A stretch of DNA of 64,000 bases. It comes from Centroscyllium fabricii. Taxonomy: Eukaryota. Shown here piece after piece: positions 38,413 through 50,997 of the stretch. The notes below the pieces were generated by a model, which was given only the letters and a program-made list of their open reading frames with translations, was not told the DNA's origin and did not search any database. The DNA is taken from contig JBNRSN020000007.1 of NCBI GenBank assembly GCA_051313645.2, forward strand, positions 220,658,001 through 220,722,000, written 5' to 3'. The translations under genes and the position numbers were made by a program. Each line of letters opens with the position of its first letter. Within the stretch, counting starts at the first letter, position 1.

Positions 38413-40562
38413 TCACAGAAGATAGGAGCAGGAGTAGGCCATTCGGCCCTTTGAGCCTGCTCCGCCATTCAATTAGATCATGACTGATCTTTCAGATTCA
38501 GTACCGTGTCCTTGCCTTCTCCCCATATCCCTTCAGCCTGAAGAAATATATCCAACTCCTTCTTGAATATATTTAATGAACCGGCCTCCACCGCCCTCTG
38601 TGGCAGAAAATTCCACAGGTTCACCACTCTCTGGGTGAAGAAATTCCCCCTCATCTCAGTCCTAAATGGCTTTCCCCTTATCCTTAGACTATGGCCCCTG
38701 GTTCTGGACTCCCCTTTCATCGGAAACATCCTTCCTGCATCCAGTCTCTCCATGCCTGACAGAATTTTATAGATTTCGATGAGATCCCCTCTCAATCGTC
38801 TGAACTCCAGTGAGTATAAGCCCAATCGACTCAATCTCTCCCCATACATCATTCCTGCCATCACAGGTATCAGCCTGGTAAATCTTCACTGCACTCCTTC
38901 AATGGCAAGAACGTCCTTCCTCAGATGAGGCGACCAAAACTGCACACAATACTCAAGGTGTGGTCTCACCAAGGTCCTGTAGAGCTGCAGCAAGACATCC
39001 TTATTCTTATATTCGAACCCTCGTGCTATGAAGGCCAACATACCATTTGCCTTCTTAACCGCCTGTTGTGCCTGCATGCTTACCTTCAGTGACTGGTGCA
39101 CAAGAACACCCAGGTCTCTTTGCACTTCCCCATCTCCCAATCTATTGCCATTCAAATAATAATCTGCCCTCCTGTTTTTGCCACCAAAGTGGATAACCTC
39201 ACATTTATCCACATTATAGTGCATTTGCCATGTATCTGCCCAATCCCCCAACCTGTCCAAATCGCACTGGAGTTTCTCGACATCCTCCTCACAGCATACC
39301 CTCCCACCCAGCTTTGTGTCGTTTGCAAATTTGGAGATATTACATCCAATTCCCTCGTTCAGATCATTAATATATATTGTGAACAGCTAGGGTCCAAGGA
39401 CCGATCCTTGCGGTACCCCAATAGTCACTGCCTGCCACTCGGAAAACGACCCGTTTATTCCAACTCTGTTTTCTATCTGCCAACCAGTTCTCTATCCAAG
39501 TCAATACCTTGCCCCCAATCCCATGAGCCTTAATTTTGCACGCTAATCTCTTATGAGGGACCTTATCGAAAGCTTTCTGAAAGTCCAAATACACCAATTC
39601 AATTCAATTCAAGTTTTATTGTCATTGCAGAGTACTAGTACAATACAACGAGACGAAGACTCGACTCTCCCGAGAGTAGTGCAAACAAAATAAATAAATG
39701 ACATGAAAATTGCATACAGTAAAGTTCATTATCAGGCGTGCAGGTACCGGAGTTTCTTTTTAGAGTTCAGGAGGCTGACAGCCCTGGGGAAGAAGCTATT
39801 CTGAAATCTAGTCGTGCGGGTGCAAATTGCTCTGTAGCGTCTCCCAGAGGGCAGAGGGGCGAACAGACTGTGGCTGGGGTGTGTGGGGTCTTTAATAATG
39901 TTCATAGACCTCCGTAAGCAGCGTTTGAGGTAGATGCTTTCCATTGACGGTAGCTGTGTACCGGTAATTCGTTGGGCAGTTTTGACTACCCGCTGCAGGG
40001 TTTTCCGGTCCGAGATACCAGACAGTGATGCAGCTTGTCAGTATGCTTTCTATTGTGCAGCGGTAGAAGTTGGAGAGGATGCCGGATGGCAGCCTGGCTT
40101 TCTTCAGCTTCCTAAGGAAGTACAGGCGCTGTTGGGCCTTCTTAACCAGAGAGGAGGTGTTTAGTGACCAGGAGAGATCTTCCGAGATGTGGACCCCGAG
40201 GAACTTGAAGCTGGACACCCTTTCCACCTCAGACCCTTGGATGAAGATGGGGGTGTGTCTTCTGCTTCCAGTACTCCGGAAGTCCACTATTATCGCCTTG
40301 GTTTTCTTGGTGTTCAGTGCCAGGTTGTTGTTGGCACACCAACCCACAAGGCGCTGGATCTCATCCCTGGATCTCACCACGTCCACTGGATCTCCCCTAT
40401 CTATTTTACCAGTTACATCCTCAAAAAATTCAAGTAGATTAGTCAAGCACGATTTACCTTTTGTAAATCCATGTTGACTCTGTCCGATCCCGTCACTGTT
40501 TTTCAAGTGTACTGCTATTACATCTTTAATAATGGACTCGAGCATTTTTCCCACTACCGATG
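38413..40562 (-). mobile_element. CR1 LINE interrupted by Rex1
   Basis: ORFs 38478-38864, 38886-39260 and 39367-39597 (VYLDFQKAFDKVPH); continues at 40376-40560 (QHGFTKGKSCLTNLLEFF). Confidence 0.9.
39596..40375 (-). mobile_element. Rex1/Babar 3' fragment
   Basis: [25 protein letters not shown]; (TTGAA)n tail; cacca on both sides. Confidence 0.85.
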
Positions 40563-40829
40563 TAGCTTCCTCAGAACTTCTCAATTTTTCACAACCAATG
40601 AATTGCTTTTAAAGTGTGGTCACTGTTATGTGAATCTCGCAGTGAACTATGCACATCAAGGTTGAACATTTTGTTTTTGTGAATTTTTTTTGTTATGCTA
40701 CATCTACCTGCATTGCCAAACAAGGCCTCAGTCCAACATCTCATCTGAAAGACTTCACCTCGATCAATGCAGTATTCGGTAAGCAGTGCACTAAATTGTC
40801 AGCCTAAATAATCGTGAAGTGGGTACATT

Positions 40830-41016
40830 GGGGCTAGAAATTCATCTCTGGCGGTGGCATAAAGCGGGCGGTATCAGATCGGCCACCCGTTATACACAGC
40901 GCCTGATGCTCAGCTCCATTGACTGCAATAGATCAGAAGATCAGGTGCTGCATGTAACGGGCGACCGATCCGATACCACCCATTTTGCACCACCGCTTGA
41001 GATGAATTTCTAGATC
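40830..41016. mobile_element. Short foldback MITE
   Basis: att|ggggctagaaattcatctc ... gagatgaatttctagatc|att; imperfect palindrome over its whole length. Confidence 0.75.
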
Positions 41017-41099
41017 ATTGCCTGTTGTAGTAGTAAGCCTCAGAGAGCAGGACAATCCTAAATTGTTCTGAATAACTCATTGTCTCTTCTCGTCCATTT

Positions 41100-41265
41100 G
41101 TTCACTCACAGCCCCCCTCTATCCTTCTATCCTCTTTCATCAGTCTTGACAAAGGGAACAACCTGAAACGTTGACTCTGTGTTTCTCTCCACCGATGCTA
41201 CCTGAACTGCTGAGTTTTTCCAGCATTTGTTGTTTTGGATTTCCAGCATCTGCAGTATTTTGTTA
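41100..41265 (+). mobile_element. Degenerate Neptune-type Penelope 3' end
   Basis: acctgaaacgttgactctg..ctccaccgatgct..ctgctgagttt..ccagca, as at 61510-61590. Confidence 0.65.
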
Positions 41266-41559
41266 TCGTCCAATCCTAAATTGGTCTGTTTTCAATCAAT
41301 AGATTTAAATTTGAGCAGTGATGGGGGATGCTACAATTGGCCTCAGCAAGGGCAGGGAACAAAATCAGTCAGGGTTCCCCATCCTGATAGCTGGTCAAAA
41401 CCCCTTGCTGGAAAGTGCAGGTCGACCTTGGATGAGGACTGAATGGATTTCACTGTAGAACAGGCTGCCAACAATGATTTTTCTGGCATGTGATTCTATT
41501 GATACTCAATCAGTTCCTTCAGGGCAGGAGGGAGGGAAATTTTTACAGCAAAAGTAATT

Positions 41560-42620
41560 ATCACAGCTTATCAGTGACGCGTGGCAGGCCTGCCTTGTGT
41601 GTAGAATTGCCCCCTTCCTGTAGCAAATCGTTGCCATGTAAGGTTGCCATGGTTGTACCCACATTGTACCTTTGACCCTGGTAGGCAGATCCAGCAATCT
41701 GACAAACAAGGAGAGAGAGAGGCTGCTGGGTAGAGAGCAGCCCGCAGCATCAGAGAGAGAGAGAGGCAACATGTCGGACAGTATCCCTCTGCAGCCTGTC
41801 CGCCACAAGAAGATGCAGGACTCCAAACACAGGAGCGGGTAAGAGAGCAGCGGCACCGCAGCCAGCCCGCCTCGCTCGGCTTGTGTTTTGTGTTGAGATG
41901 AAGGGCTGAGTGCTGCTGTGCTGAATCAGGATGTGGTGTCACTCGCCCTGCTTATTCAGATATTGCGCTGGCGATTGTGTTTGGGATATATTGTGCTCGG
42001 ATCTGGAGCCCCACACCATCTCACCGGGGGAGCAGGCTCCCTCCCTCCACTCTCGCCCCCTTCACCACCTCCCGGGCTGGCTCCCTGAGGACAGGTGTGC
42101 GGGGGAGGGGAGGGAGGGAGGAGGGGGAAGCAGCCCTGAGGAGGGAGGGAGGGAGGAGCAGGGAGGGGGGCGAGCGGTCCTGAGGAGGGGGGAGGCAGTC
42201 CGTCCATTTATTATACCGATTTAAATAAAAGATGCGTAGCCAGCAGCCGGGGAATAAGGTGCGTGTTTATTGTCGATCCTTCGCTGTTGCCAAGGCGGCG
42301 GATTTATTTTGTATATGAATTGCGTTAAAAAAAATAAAAAATAATGCGCGTTGGAATTTGTGTCACCGTAAGGAAAGGTGAGTGAGTTGGGGGTGTTTTT
42401 TTAAAATAAATCTGTAGATGCTGAGTGTTTGTTTGTTTGTGTTGGGAGGCTGGGATTGGGAAGGATTTCCTGGCAGGTTCTTCCTGATTCACGCCATCAT
42501 TGAGTGTGGCGCACCCTCCACCAGAGCCGAGAGCGACAATCACAGCACTCCCGAAAATCAACCTCGCCCACATGTGGAATTATGTCCCACGAAGTGAAAA
42601 TGTCCACCGCCGGCGATCAG
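41560..42620 (+). promoter_or_regulatory. ATP9A promoter / 5' UTR / GC- and CpG-enriched start of intron 1
   Basis: Flanks exon 1. TGACGCGTG near 41576, two GTTGCCATG (RFX X-box-like) at 41630-41652, GA repeats in the 5' UTR, G-run tract at 42100-42195. Confidence 0.6.
41771..41838 (+). CDS. ATP9A: ATP9A coding exon 1 (P4-ATPase class II flippase N-terminus)
   Basis: gcaacATGT start; translates MSDSIPLQPVRHKKMQDSKHRSG, matching human ATP9A MTDNIPLQPVRQKKRMDSRPRAG (from memory). Donor GG|gtaaga, phase 2. Lies downstream of SALL4 on the same strand, as in mammals. Confidence 0.92.
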
Positions 42621-43331
42621 ACATTCTGTGCTTTCTGATGTTTAGATAGTGGCAGCATATTCCAGGAGGGGGAAGGTGATGTGTTGAAAGCTCGTGTTTT
42701 AGTTCTGGGGAGTGGGAGGCAGAGCCCGTGAGATGACCCAATGATCTGGTGATCTAATGGTGTGGTTCGGCTGGTTTCAGGGTGGAGTGTGTGTGCCACT
42801 CACTTACAGAATGGCCAATACTGCTCTCGCTGTCAGCTGTTCCCCCTCCCCCACTCTGAAGTGCTGGGCTCAACCCTTTTCTGGCGAGAGCTTAGATATA
42901 CTCCGATTTAAAAATATACAAACGTAACGTGGAACCCTGTGCAAACCTCTTCAAAGTACGAGTTAATCGCAACAATAGGCTTCTTGTATAACGCCCTGTC
43001 AGCCCATTGAACTTGCTTTTTGAGCCATCCTGTCAAGTTGTACACAAATGTCAATAATCTTTGTCTGCAGCTCCAGTATTCCACAAGTTGGAACGTGTTT
43101 GTTTATAATGTGCATTCTCGCGCCATTCACTGCTGTAACAAAAATATGTTCACCAGTGTCAACGACAAGAATGTCCAGTTTTGTACTCCTTGTGTAAACC
43201 TTTGCTTTTTAGTTCTCTGTCCTGCCCATTAGAGCCATGTTGTATTCCCTTGAGGTCCACAGTAAAAGTTTTGAGTATTTTTGATATGGGTATTATTAGC
43301 AGTTTTCTTTCCATCAGAAAATCAGTGACAC

Positions 43332-43610
43332 TGTGGTAAACCACTGTTTGTATATATTGTATATATGTCTCCCCCTTGTGTCCCCTCCCTGTAACTGTAC
43401 TGTAACGCCTTCTTGCCAGGGAGGACTCACCTGGGAGGACCCCGCTCTTTGGCTTCCTCCCCAGGCTCCGCCCACTAGGTTATAAGAGTGCGAGCACACC
43501 TGAGCGCTCTCACTCTGGCTTGGAAGATCATCGGACCTGTGTCCACTTCTATGTTAATAAAAGCCTCGATTACGTCTGACCATCAACTGGGAGTAATTGA
43601 TTGTGCATCA
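43332..43610 (+). mobile_element. Solo LTR (279 bp)
   Basis: TG...CA ends; 5-bp TSD GACAC at 43327-43331 and 43611-43615; GC box at about 43466, TATAA at 43481, AATAAA at 43556. Confidence 0.88.
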
Positions 43611-46600
43611 GACACCTAGACCTTTTTTAAGAGAACACCTCACTACTGAGTCATGTGCAGTTCGGACTGATTTATTCCGGTCTGTTCGGGTTGGAGTTTA
43701 AATTCTGACACGGCACACTCTTAAAACCTTGCAGCAGTAGTCTGACAACAAATAATCGGCACACCAGAGAAATATAATTATAAAATCTAAAATCTAATTG
43801 GGACTAGAAATGTAGCTAGACGGGAAATCAATGTGAATTTAGATTCGGGTAGGAATGGATGCAGTTTGCAAGAGGGAAGTGCAGTTAAACTGGAGTGAAT
43901 GGTCAGAGCTGGAAAAAGAAAATGGAGAAATTATTTTGACAAGTGGTTGTTGCTTCTTGCAGAGTGAATAGTTTGTAGTTTTGTTTCTAGACAAAGGCTT
44001 TCTTCTGTGTAAGAATTGTGTATTTGGGCTCAGCCCATGTCACTAAGTCATTATTACAGTTGTTAAAATGTCAATGCATTTGTTCATGCTTTAAATATGT
44101 TCAGAGGAGATCACTGAAGGTCAGCTGTGCTGAAAGTTTCCCTTAAGATACAAAACCATTTCTATTCATTGCAATATAGTATGGTTAAAGTTAGTGCTCT
44201 CTGATCAGATTCTGCTTACGAATGAAGTTTCAGTGCTGACTTCACTGTAGGAACTCCTGGGAAATAACTGCCATGGAGAAGGAATACTTGAAGTTACCTG
44301 ATCCAGAGGGCTTTTCAGTACTCCTTACATATTTCTAAGTATTGAAATTCATGGAGAATATATGCAGATAAGATAGCCTTTGTGTTTTCCATGATGATGG
44401 CTTTTTTCTGCAATATAAGTACACTACTTATCCTTAGGAGCAGGTGGTGGAAATTCATGCTGGAGCTAAAAAAGAAAGAGGGGAATTGGGCTGAGAAGCA
44501 AAGAAGCTAGCAGACAAAATGAATGGGAAAGATGCAGAAGTGACAAGAAAATAAACAGTCAAAAAGGAAATTGGCAACAAACAAAGACTGAGAAAAGAGG
44601 AGCCGATGAGAGTAACCAGCAAATTATCAATATGATAAGGACAAGAAAGCAAGCTTGTTTCTGCCTTTTTTTCTTTGTGTGTTTGTATTTATATTTGTTT
44701 GCGAAAAACAGAAAGGAAAACCCGAGGGGTTAGTGTGATGTACAAAAACAGTGTTCTTATTTTGGACATGTCTAGTTCAGAATTTTTGGTCTATCTTATT
44801 TAAATCATATTTCTTGCTCTCTTTCCTGCACCACAAAGTCTGTTTATGATGTTGCCATGTTCAAAGGATCTTCAGGTCTATCAATTAGACTGTCCTGGGT
44901 GGCAATCATGAGTAGCTTTCAAGTGTAGAGAGCAGTTGATGCTGTTGGATTTGGCAATACCATTTTTTGTTAATTGTATTGTGAACAAATTATTCTAGAT
45001 GATATTGTCCCTTTAAGTACATGAGAATGGATTACATCCAGCATTTGTTTTATAGTGGATGGTGAACTGACTTACCATAAGGACATTTTTGCACATGAAA
45101 CCTAGATTGGTGAGACTAAGGAATTGTCAGCCGCATTGATGTGGACCTCAGTATTTCAATGCATCCCTCCTTGTTTCATAGTTGCTAGTGATGGATTGAA
45201 GCTTTTTCTGGAACCTTCAAGTTGGGCTTCCATTTTAAGTCTTCATTGAGGATTAGTTGTAATGGATGATATTGCTTAAGTGTCTTGCAACTTAATTCTT
45301 GGTGCTGTCACACTGAATGGGAAAGGTGAAACTTTCAAAATATTTCAGTACAGAAATACATTGCTGAGCTTCAGGCAACTTGACATTGCAAATGCCCAAT
45401 CAGGGCTCCACAGAGTGGCAACACACAAGTTCCATTAATATAGTGGGTAAGAGAAAAAAGTGGATAGTGTGTTGAGGCCCAACATTGTAAATCAGACATG
45501 ATCGGTTGAAGTAAATGCATTTGAATGAAGAGGACTTTTCACTTACTGTGTTTATTAAATTATTGAAATTGCTTTCTGTTCCCCTGAAATGAGCACATTC
45601 CTTAACAACAGAAATAAAAACAGAAAATGCTGAAACTACACACCAGGTCTACCAGCATCTGTAAAGAGAAAACATAGGATCTACACTTGAAACTTTAAAC
45701 TATGTCAGAACTTGACATCTGTTATGATTTGGTGACTGTGGACTCCTCTTCATTAATTCCAAATTATCAACTATAGTTCATCATCATTTATGTGGAATCC
45801 AAATGGATGTTCTAGGTTATCCTAAATGTGCATCTGGAGGTGAGCTCTGCGCTCCTTGGAAAGGTAGCAGTCGGTTGGGTTTTTTAAAGGCAGCTGAATA
45901 GACCTAGATTTGTGTAGAGCTGTGCAATTACTGTTCAACAGGAGTCCTGATGATATCACTCAATCCACTCATGTTATTTATAGGAATCCTTGAGTCTGTT
46001 ATTGAAGAGCTGGGTAACAAGAACATCATTTATATAGCACCTTTAACATCGAACAGCAAGCAAATGAGGAAGAAGGGACAAATATGGATCCTTGGGGTAC
46101 TTCAAAGGTGCCGGGATGGGAGTGGGAACATTGCTCGTCAGTTCAGTAAATTGAAATAACTCCGACAAGGCTCCAATTCTTCTTAATACGTAACTAATAT
46201 TATTGGATTCCTTTTCAGAAATAAGGAAAATAAAAAATGTATTTGTACTGTCTCTGAATATGAATATCGACTTGTTCTGCTTGTTTATGGACATACCCAT
46301 GAGGTAGCACAGCTGCCTGAGTTGGCTTAGGTGAAATGAGACGAGGCATTGCCTAAACCAACAGGAATAGAATTCGCTTACAAAATAACCAGCCAGTTTA
46401 GACAAGCAGTGTCTATACTTACAGAACATCAACTTTATTTTAATAATACATTTGAAACATGCACTTAAATTACTCCTTAAAAAAAAATAAAAAAAATAAA
46501 AGTTGGTTATTTTCTGTATCTCTGCTTGGTAAAGTATTCCCTAATGGAAGTATGTTACAACACTTAAATAGGATTGAAAAAGGGAGGATACCAGGAGTGC

Positions 46601-47241
46601 AACCTACCTCTTTGTGGAATGACATGTTTGAACAGGTATGGACTCTGTCCTGCGTTATGTTCTAAAATGTCATTTTAGATTAATTTTAGCTTGGCTAATG
46701 ATTTGGGATTTTTAAAATTGGAGCAGTAGTTTCTGATTTAAGATTTGCTTTGTGCTTGTAGATCGAGCAAATGTACAAATCTGTCTGGAAGCATTTTATG
46801 TTAATGGCATAGAAATTCTGTTTGGTCTGAGCAACATTTGATAGTATGAATGCTAACACGTCATGTTTCATAGGGGAGATGGTGGCATATTAGACATAAA
46901 ATGGAATTCCTCAGATGGCAAATAAAGCACTTTTTTTCATTTCCCATCTAACTGAGTGATGAAAATAATTAACATTACCAGTTTGCTGAGAAAATTTGGG
47001 TTTTCTTCAAAGACATGCCTATTGTGATAAGGCTGCTCTTGATTTGAGGTCAGAAGCTGCCTGGATGAAGTATATTAACGACAGCCTTTTCCCATATCTT
47101 GTTTGATTGTTCCAACTATTGATCTGCACGTCACTGCTATGGTGGAACAATTCCATAGGGGCAAAGGACTGCTTCAAACAGAATCTTTAAAAAGACTGCC
47201 TAATGACTTTAAAATGACTGTGGATTCAAAAGATCTTGTTG

Positions 47242-47573
47242 CACGTGGAGCACCGGTAATCCGGCACCCGATAGTCTGGCGCCGTCAGTGGTCCGGCACG
47301 AATGGCAACCGGCGGTCTTCAATTTGCGGAGCAGCCGCTTGGCAGCGACACCATTTCCCGCGAAGGGTGGGCGAGCGCCGAAGGCGTCGGGCATTTGGGT
47401 TTCTGTTTTTTAGGGCTTGTAAGTGTTCTATCCCCAGACTTCTTCCCGGGGAGTGTTCTGCCTGCGCGCTCTGGACCCCGGGGAGTGTTCTATCGCACGC
47501 TCCCCCTGAACCTTCAGTGGTTCGGAATTTTCAGTGGTCCGGCACCGGTCTGGTCCTGAGGGTGCTCAACCTG
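47242..47573. mobile_element. Tigger/pogo-like MITE
   Basis: Same family as 2852 (inverted) and 19299; right end gtgctcaacctg|TA. Confidence 0.8.
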
Positions 47574-47749
47574 TATTTTAGTTTCAGCAAATGATTTACT
47601 GCACCAGTAAAAGTTAAGTATTGCATTGGTGTTTGCCTGCTGATTTATTTTGGTTCTGTGTAAGTTTACATCTTCCAATAAATACAATTTGTAATCTAGC
47701 CTGAAGTATATGATCTGTCAGGGTGGCAATTAGGAGAGTATGGTGGGAG

Positions 47750-48358
47750 ATCTGAGGCATAGAATATAAGAGCAGGGAGGTTATGATGGAGCTGTACAAA
47801 ATGCTGGTAAGACCACAGCTGGAGTACTGTGTGCAGTTCTGGTCGCCACACTATAGGAAGGATGTGATTGCTTTGGAGAGGGTGCAAAGGAGATTCACCA
47901 GGATGCTGCCTGGGCTGGGGAGCCTCCGCTATGAAGAGAGACTGGACAGGCTGGGGTTGTTTTCCTTGGAGCAGAGGAGGCTGAGGTGGGACCTGATTGA
48001 GGTATACAAAATTATGAGGGGAATAGATAAGGTGGATGGAGTGGAACTTTTTCCCTTGGTTGAGGGGTCAATAACTAGGGGTCATAATTTCAGGGTAAGG
48101 GGCAGGAGGTATCGTGGGGATGTGAGGAAGAACTTCTTCACCCAGAGGGTGGTTGGAGTCTGGAACTCACTGCCTGAGAGGGTGGTAGAGGTGGGAACCC
48201 TCACAACATTCAAAAAACATTTGGATGAGCACTTGAAATGCCACAGCATACAAGGCTACGGACCAAATGCGGGAAAATGGGAGTAGTATAGACTGGGATT
48301 CATGGGCGGCACGGACGTGATGGGCCGAAGGGCCTCTTTCTGTGCTGTATTACTCTAT
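47750..48358 (+). mobile_element. CR1 LINE 3' end
   Basis: ORF 47783-48286 contains LVRPQLEYCVQFWSP..TRGH..FFTQRVVGVWNSLP. Confidence 0.9.
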
Positions 48359-49557
48359 GGGGCGGTTTCGCAGACAAGGCTTAAGCCTAGTCACAGACTA
48401 AAATGCTGTTTGAGCTGGCTTAACTCTAAGTCACTTGCACAGACTTATCTTAAAATAGTCGTAGATTTAGCCTGTTCTGGATTAAACAAAGCCGATTGCA
48501 AGAGGGTGGATCAGAGCTACTCTGGGACTAAATTGAAGCTTAAATTAATTCTCCAAAGAGGCAGGTTTAACTTCTGCTTAAGGCCCTGTCACACCTTGAC
48601 GAATTAGCTAGCGCATGCCGACGTATGCAAATTTATCTAAAACGCTGGCGTTCGCTGAACTATCGATGTTTTTTTCAGTTTTGGGCGTATAATAGAGTAT
48701 TCATAATGAGTTGGACGTATGCATAACGTATTAGTAACGTACACAGAACGTATCGATAACTTACAGATAACTTATACCAACGAATGCTTAGCGTGTTGTC
48801 GGCGTTCACAACTTATGCCCAACGATAGTCTAACTTATGCATAGCGCGCGGCAGCGTATCGCCGACGTTTTAGATAAATTTTGATACGTCGGCATACGCT
48901 AGCTAAATCGTCAAGGTGTGACGGGGCATAAGTTCTGTGGTCGTCCGGAAGACGTCAAATACGTCTACATACGTCAATATGCGTTGGAGATACGTTACTC
49001 ATAGGTTAGAAATAAGTTTCGGGTACGCTAGACATTATCTCGACGTATTTTGACTTATGACTAACTTACAAGTAACGTGTGTCGACGTGTGTCAACGATT
49101 GCCTAACGTGCCTACAACTTATGGCCAGCGTATGCGAACGTGTGAGTCATACGCTGGATAAGTCGAGAAATTTTGTGCATGCTCAAAATTTCTCGACTTA
49201 CTCGGAGTACCACGACGTATGTTTTAGTAGAGTTTTTTCATACTCACTATAGTTTTTTGAGCGAGTTCTTGTTGCTTCTGCCACTGTTTGGTCTCAAGAT
49301 TCACTCCAGTAATGGTGTTTTCAATTCCATTCTGGGTTTTTATGAGAGCCATTACACCAACAGCCTTTGCTCCTACTTAACCTAATGAGGCTTGAACCAG
49401 GTGTTCTCATTTAGGCTTACTCCAGGACTCCATAGTCTCCGACTAACTAAGCCAGATTTAAGCCATGTTCATGCAAGCCACTTAAATGTACTAGTTTAAC
49501 TAGTCCAAATTAGGCCTACTCCTGGCTTAATCTAAGCCTTGTCTGTGAAACCGCCCC
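48359..49557. mobile_element. Harbinger-like MITE (host of nested MITE)
   Basis: TIR ggggcggtttcgcagacaaggctta / taagccttgtctgtgaaaccgcccc; sits in the CR1 microsatellite tail. Confidence 0.75.
48582..49222. mobile_element. Harbinger-like MITE (ACGTAT-array family), nested, one end missing
   Basis: taa|ggccctgtcacaccttgacg; inverted TIR ends at 48928 but the family sequence continues to about 49220. Confidence 0.75.
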
Positions 49558-50299
49558 TTAGACTATGACTCTATCCCACACACTTTTTTCTTTGTTTTTG
49601 ATGGGGTGTTTTTCTGCTTTGTAACTCAAGAAATGAGTAATTGTTGATCCCGCAGCATGATAATTGATCCATGTAAAAGGTGTACAAGTTTCAATCATTG
49701 CTTATGGAAACTGCCTTGTTTGCACAAATAGTATTGGGAGACGCTGGAACTGTAACAGGAAGGTTTGTACTCCTCCTCTTCCAGTTCTCCTCTCTTCATG
49801 GCCTGCTGTTTCAGGTAAGATGTATGGTGGGTGCAGTTCAACGGATGGTAGTGGCTCTCGGGTACCATACCCGCGTGGCCATTCTTCAAGTATGAGTCTG
49901 AATGCTGAGTGTTGATGGGCTATTCAACTGTGTGAGGCCATTAAAACCAAACTCTATTGTGTCCTCCGTGTGTGCTTCCTACAGGATCTGAGCAGCTACG
50001 TATGTGAACACAATTTGTAAATGGATCCTTCTCGTCTGTATAGATTACTTGCAAAAGTGACCTGTGGTCATAGTTGTGCTGATCTGACTTTTAGAAATTA
50101 TTTGAGTCCTGTGATGGCTCAGTGGGTATATGTATGGTGTGGTGTTGAGTTATCTCTAGACCAATAAGTTCCCAGTGCTACACTGGATTAGCTGACCCTA
50201 GTTAGGGTAATAGTGGGGCGCACTACTGTTGGCTTCAATTTCCCCAGATAGGGGTGATAAAATTGGACTGGGTTCCTGTTTGTGATCACCAACGAGTAA

Positions 50300-50997
50300 A
50301 GCCCCGCTTTCACTGGAGGCTACGAATTGCCGAATCGTTCCGAATCTGAAATTTGTCCGATTCGTGGGTAATTCTTGCAATTCGTAACCGATTCGTGGTT
50401 GATTCGTGGTTGATTCGTAAATGATTCGTAGCGGATTCGTAGAGTTCGCGTAAGTTCGCGTGATTTCTTTGATTTTTCAAGAAAGTTTTTGTTTGTCAAA
50501 AAATTTCGTGGGAGGGTTAACGAATGTCCAATTCGTGATAGATTCCTAAACAATTCGTGACCCTTTCTTATCGTTCTTAACCCTTTCTTATCCTTCTTAA
50601 CCGTTTCTTAATCGCTTCTTCTGCATTCTTGTCTATTCTTGGGCATTCTTGACTCCCTCAAATTCGTGGACCCACGCCGAATACATCACGAAACAGGCAC
50701 GAATGTCCACGAATCAGGTACGAATCAAGTACGAATCGGTCGTAGTGGATTCGTACAGTAATTCGGCACATTCGTAAGTGAGTTCGTTAAATTCTTACCT
50801 GATTCTTTGCATTCGTACTTGTTTCTTAAACCTTTCTTAACGATTCGTGGTTGATTCGTAATCAATTCGTAGTGGATTCGTAGCTCCTCCCGAATCCACC
50901 ACGAATTTTCACATTTTTTTGCCGAATCGCCACGAATTTCGATACGTGACGATTCTTGATATTCTTGATATTCTTAGCCTCCAGTGAAAGCGGGGCA
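50300..50997. mobile_element. PIF/Harbinger-like MITE (ACGAAT-array family)
   Basis: TAA|agccccgctttcactggaggcta ... tagcctccagtgaaagcggggca|TAA. Confidence 0.85.

Noticed and set aside
44455-44650. Purine-rich stretch as a coding exon
   Set aside because: Stops on the + strand and no ATP9A exon 2 similarity.
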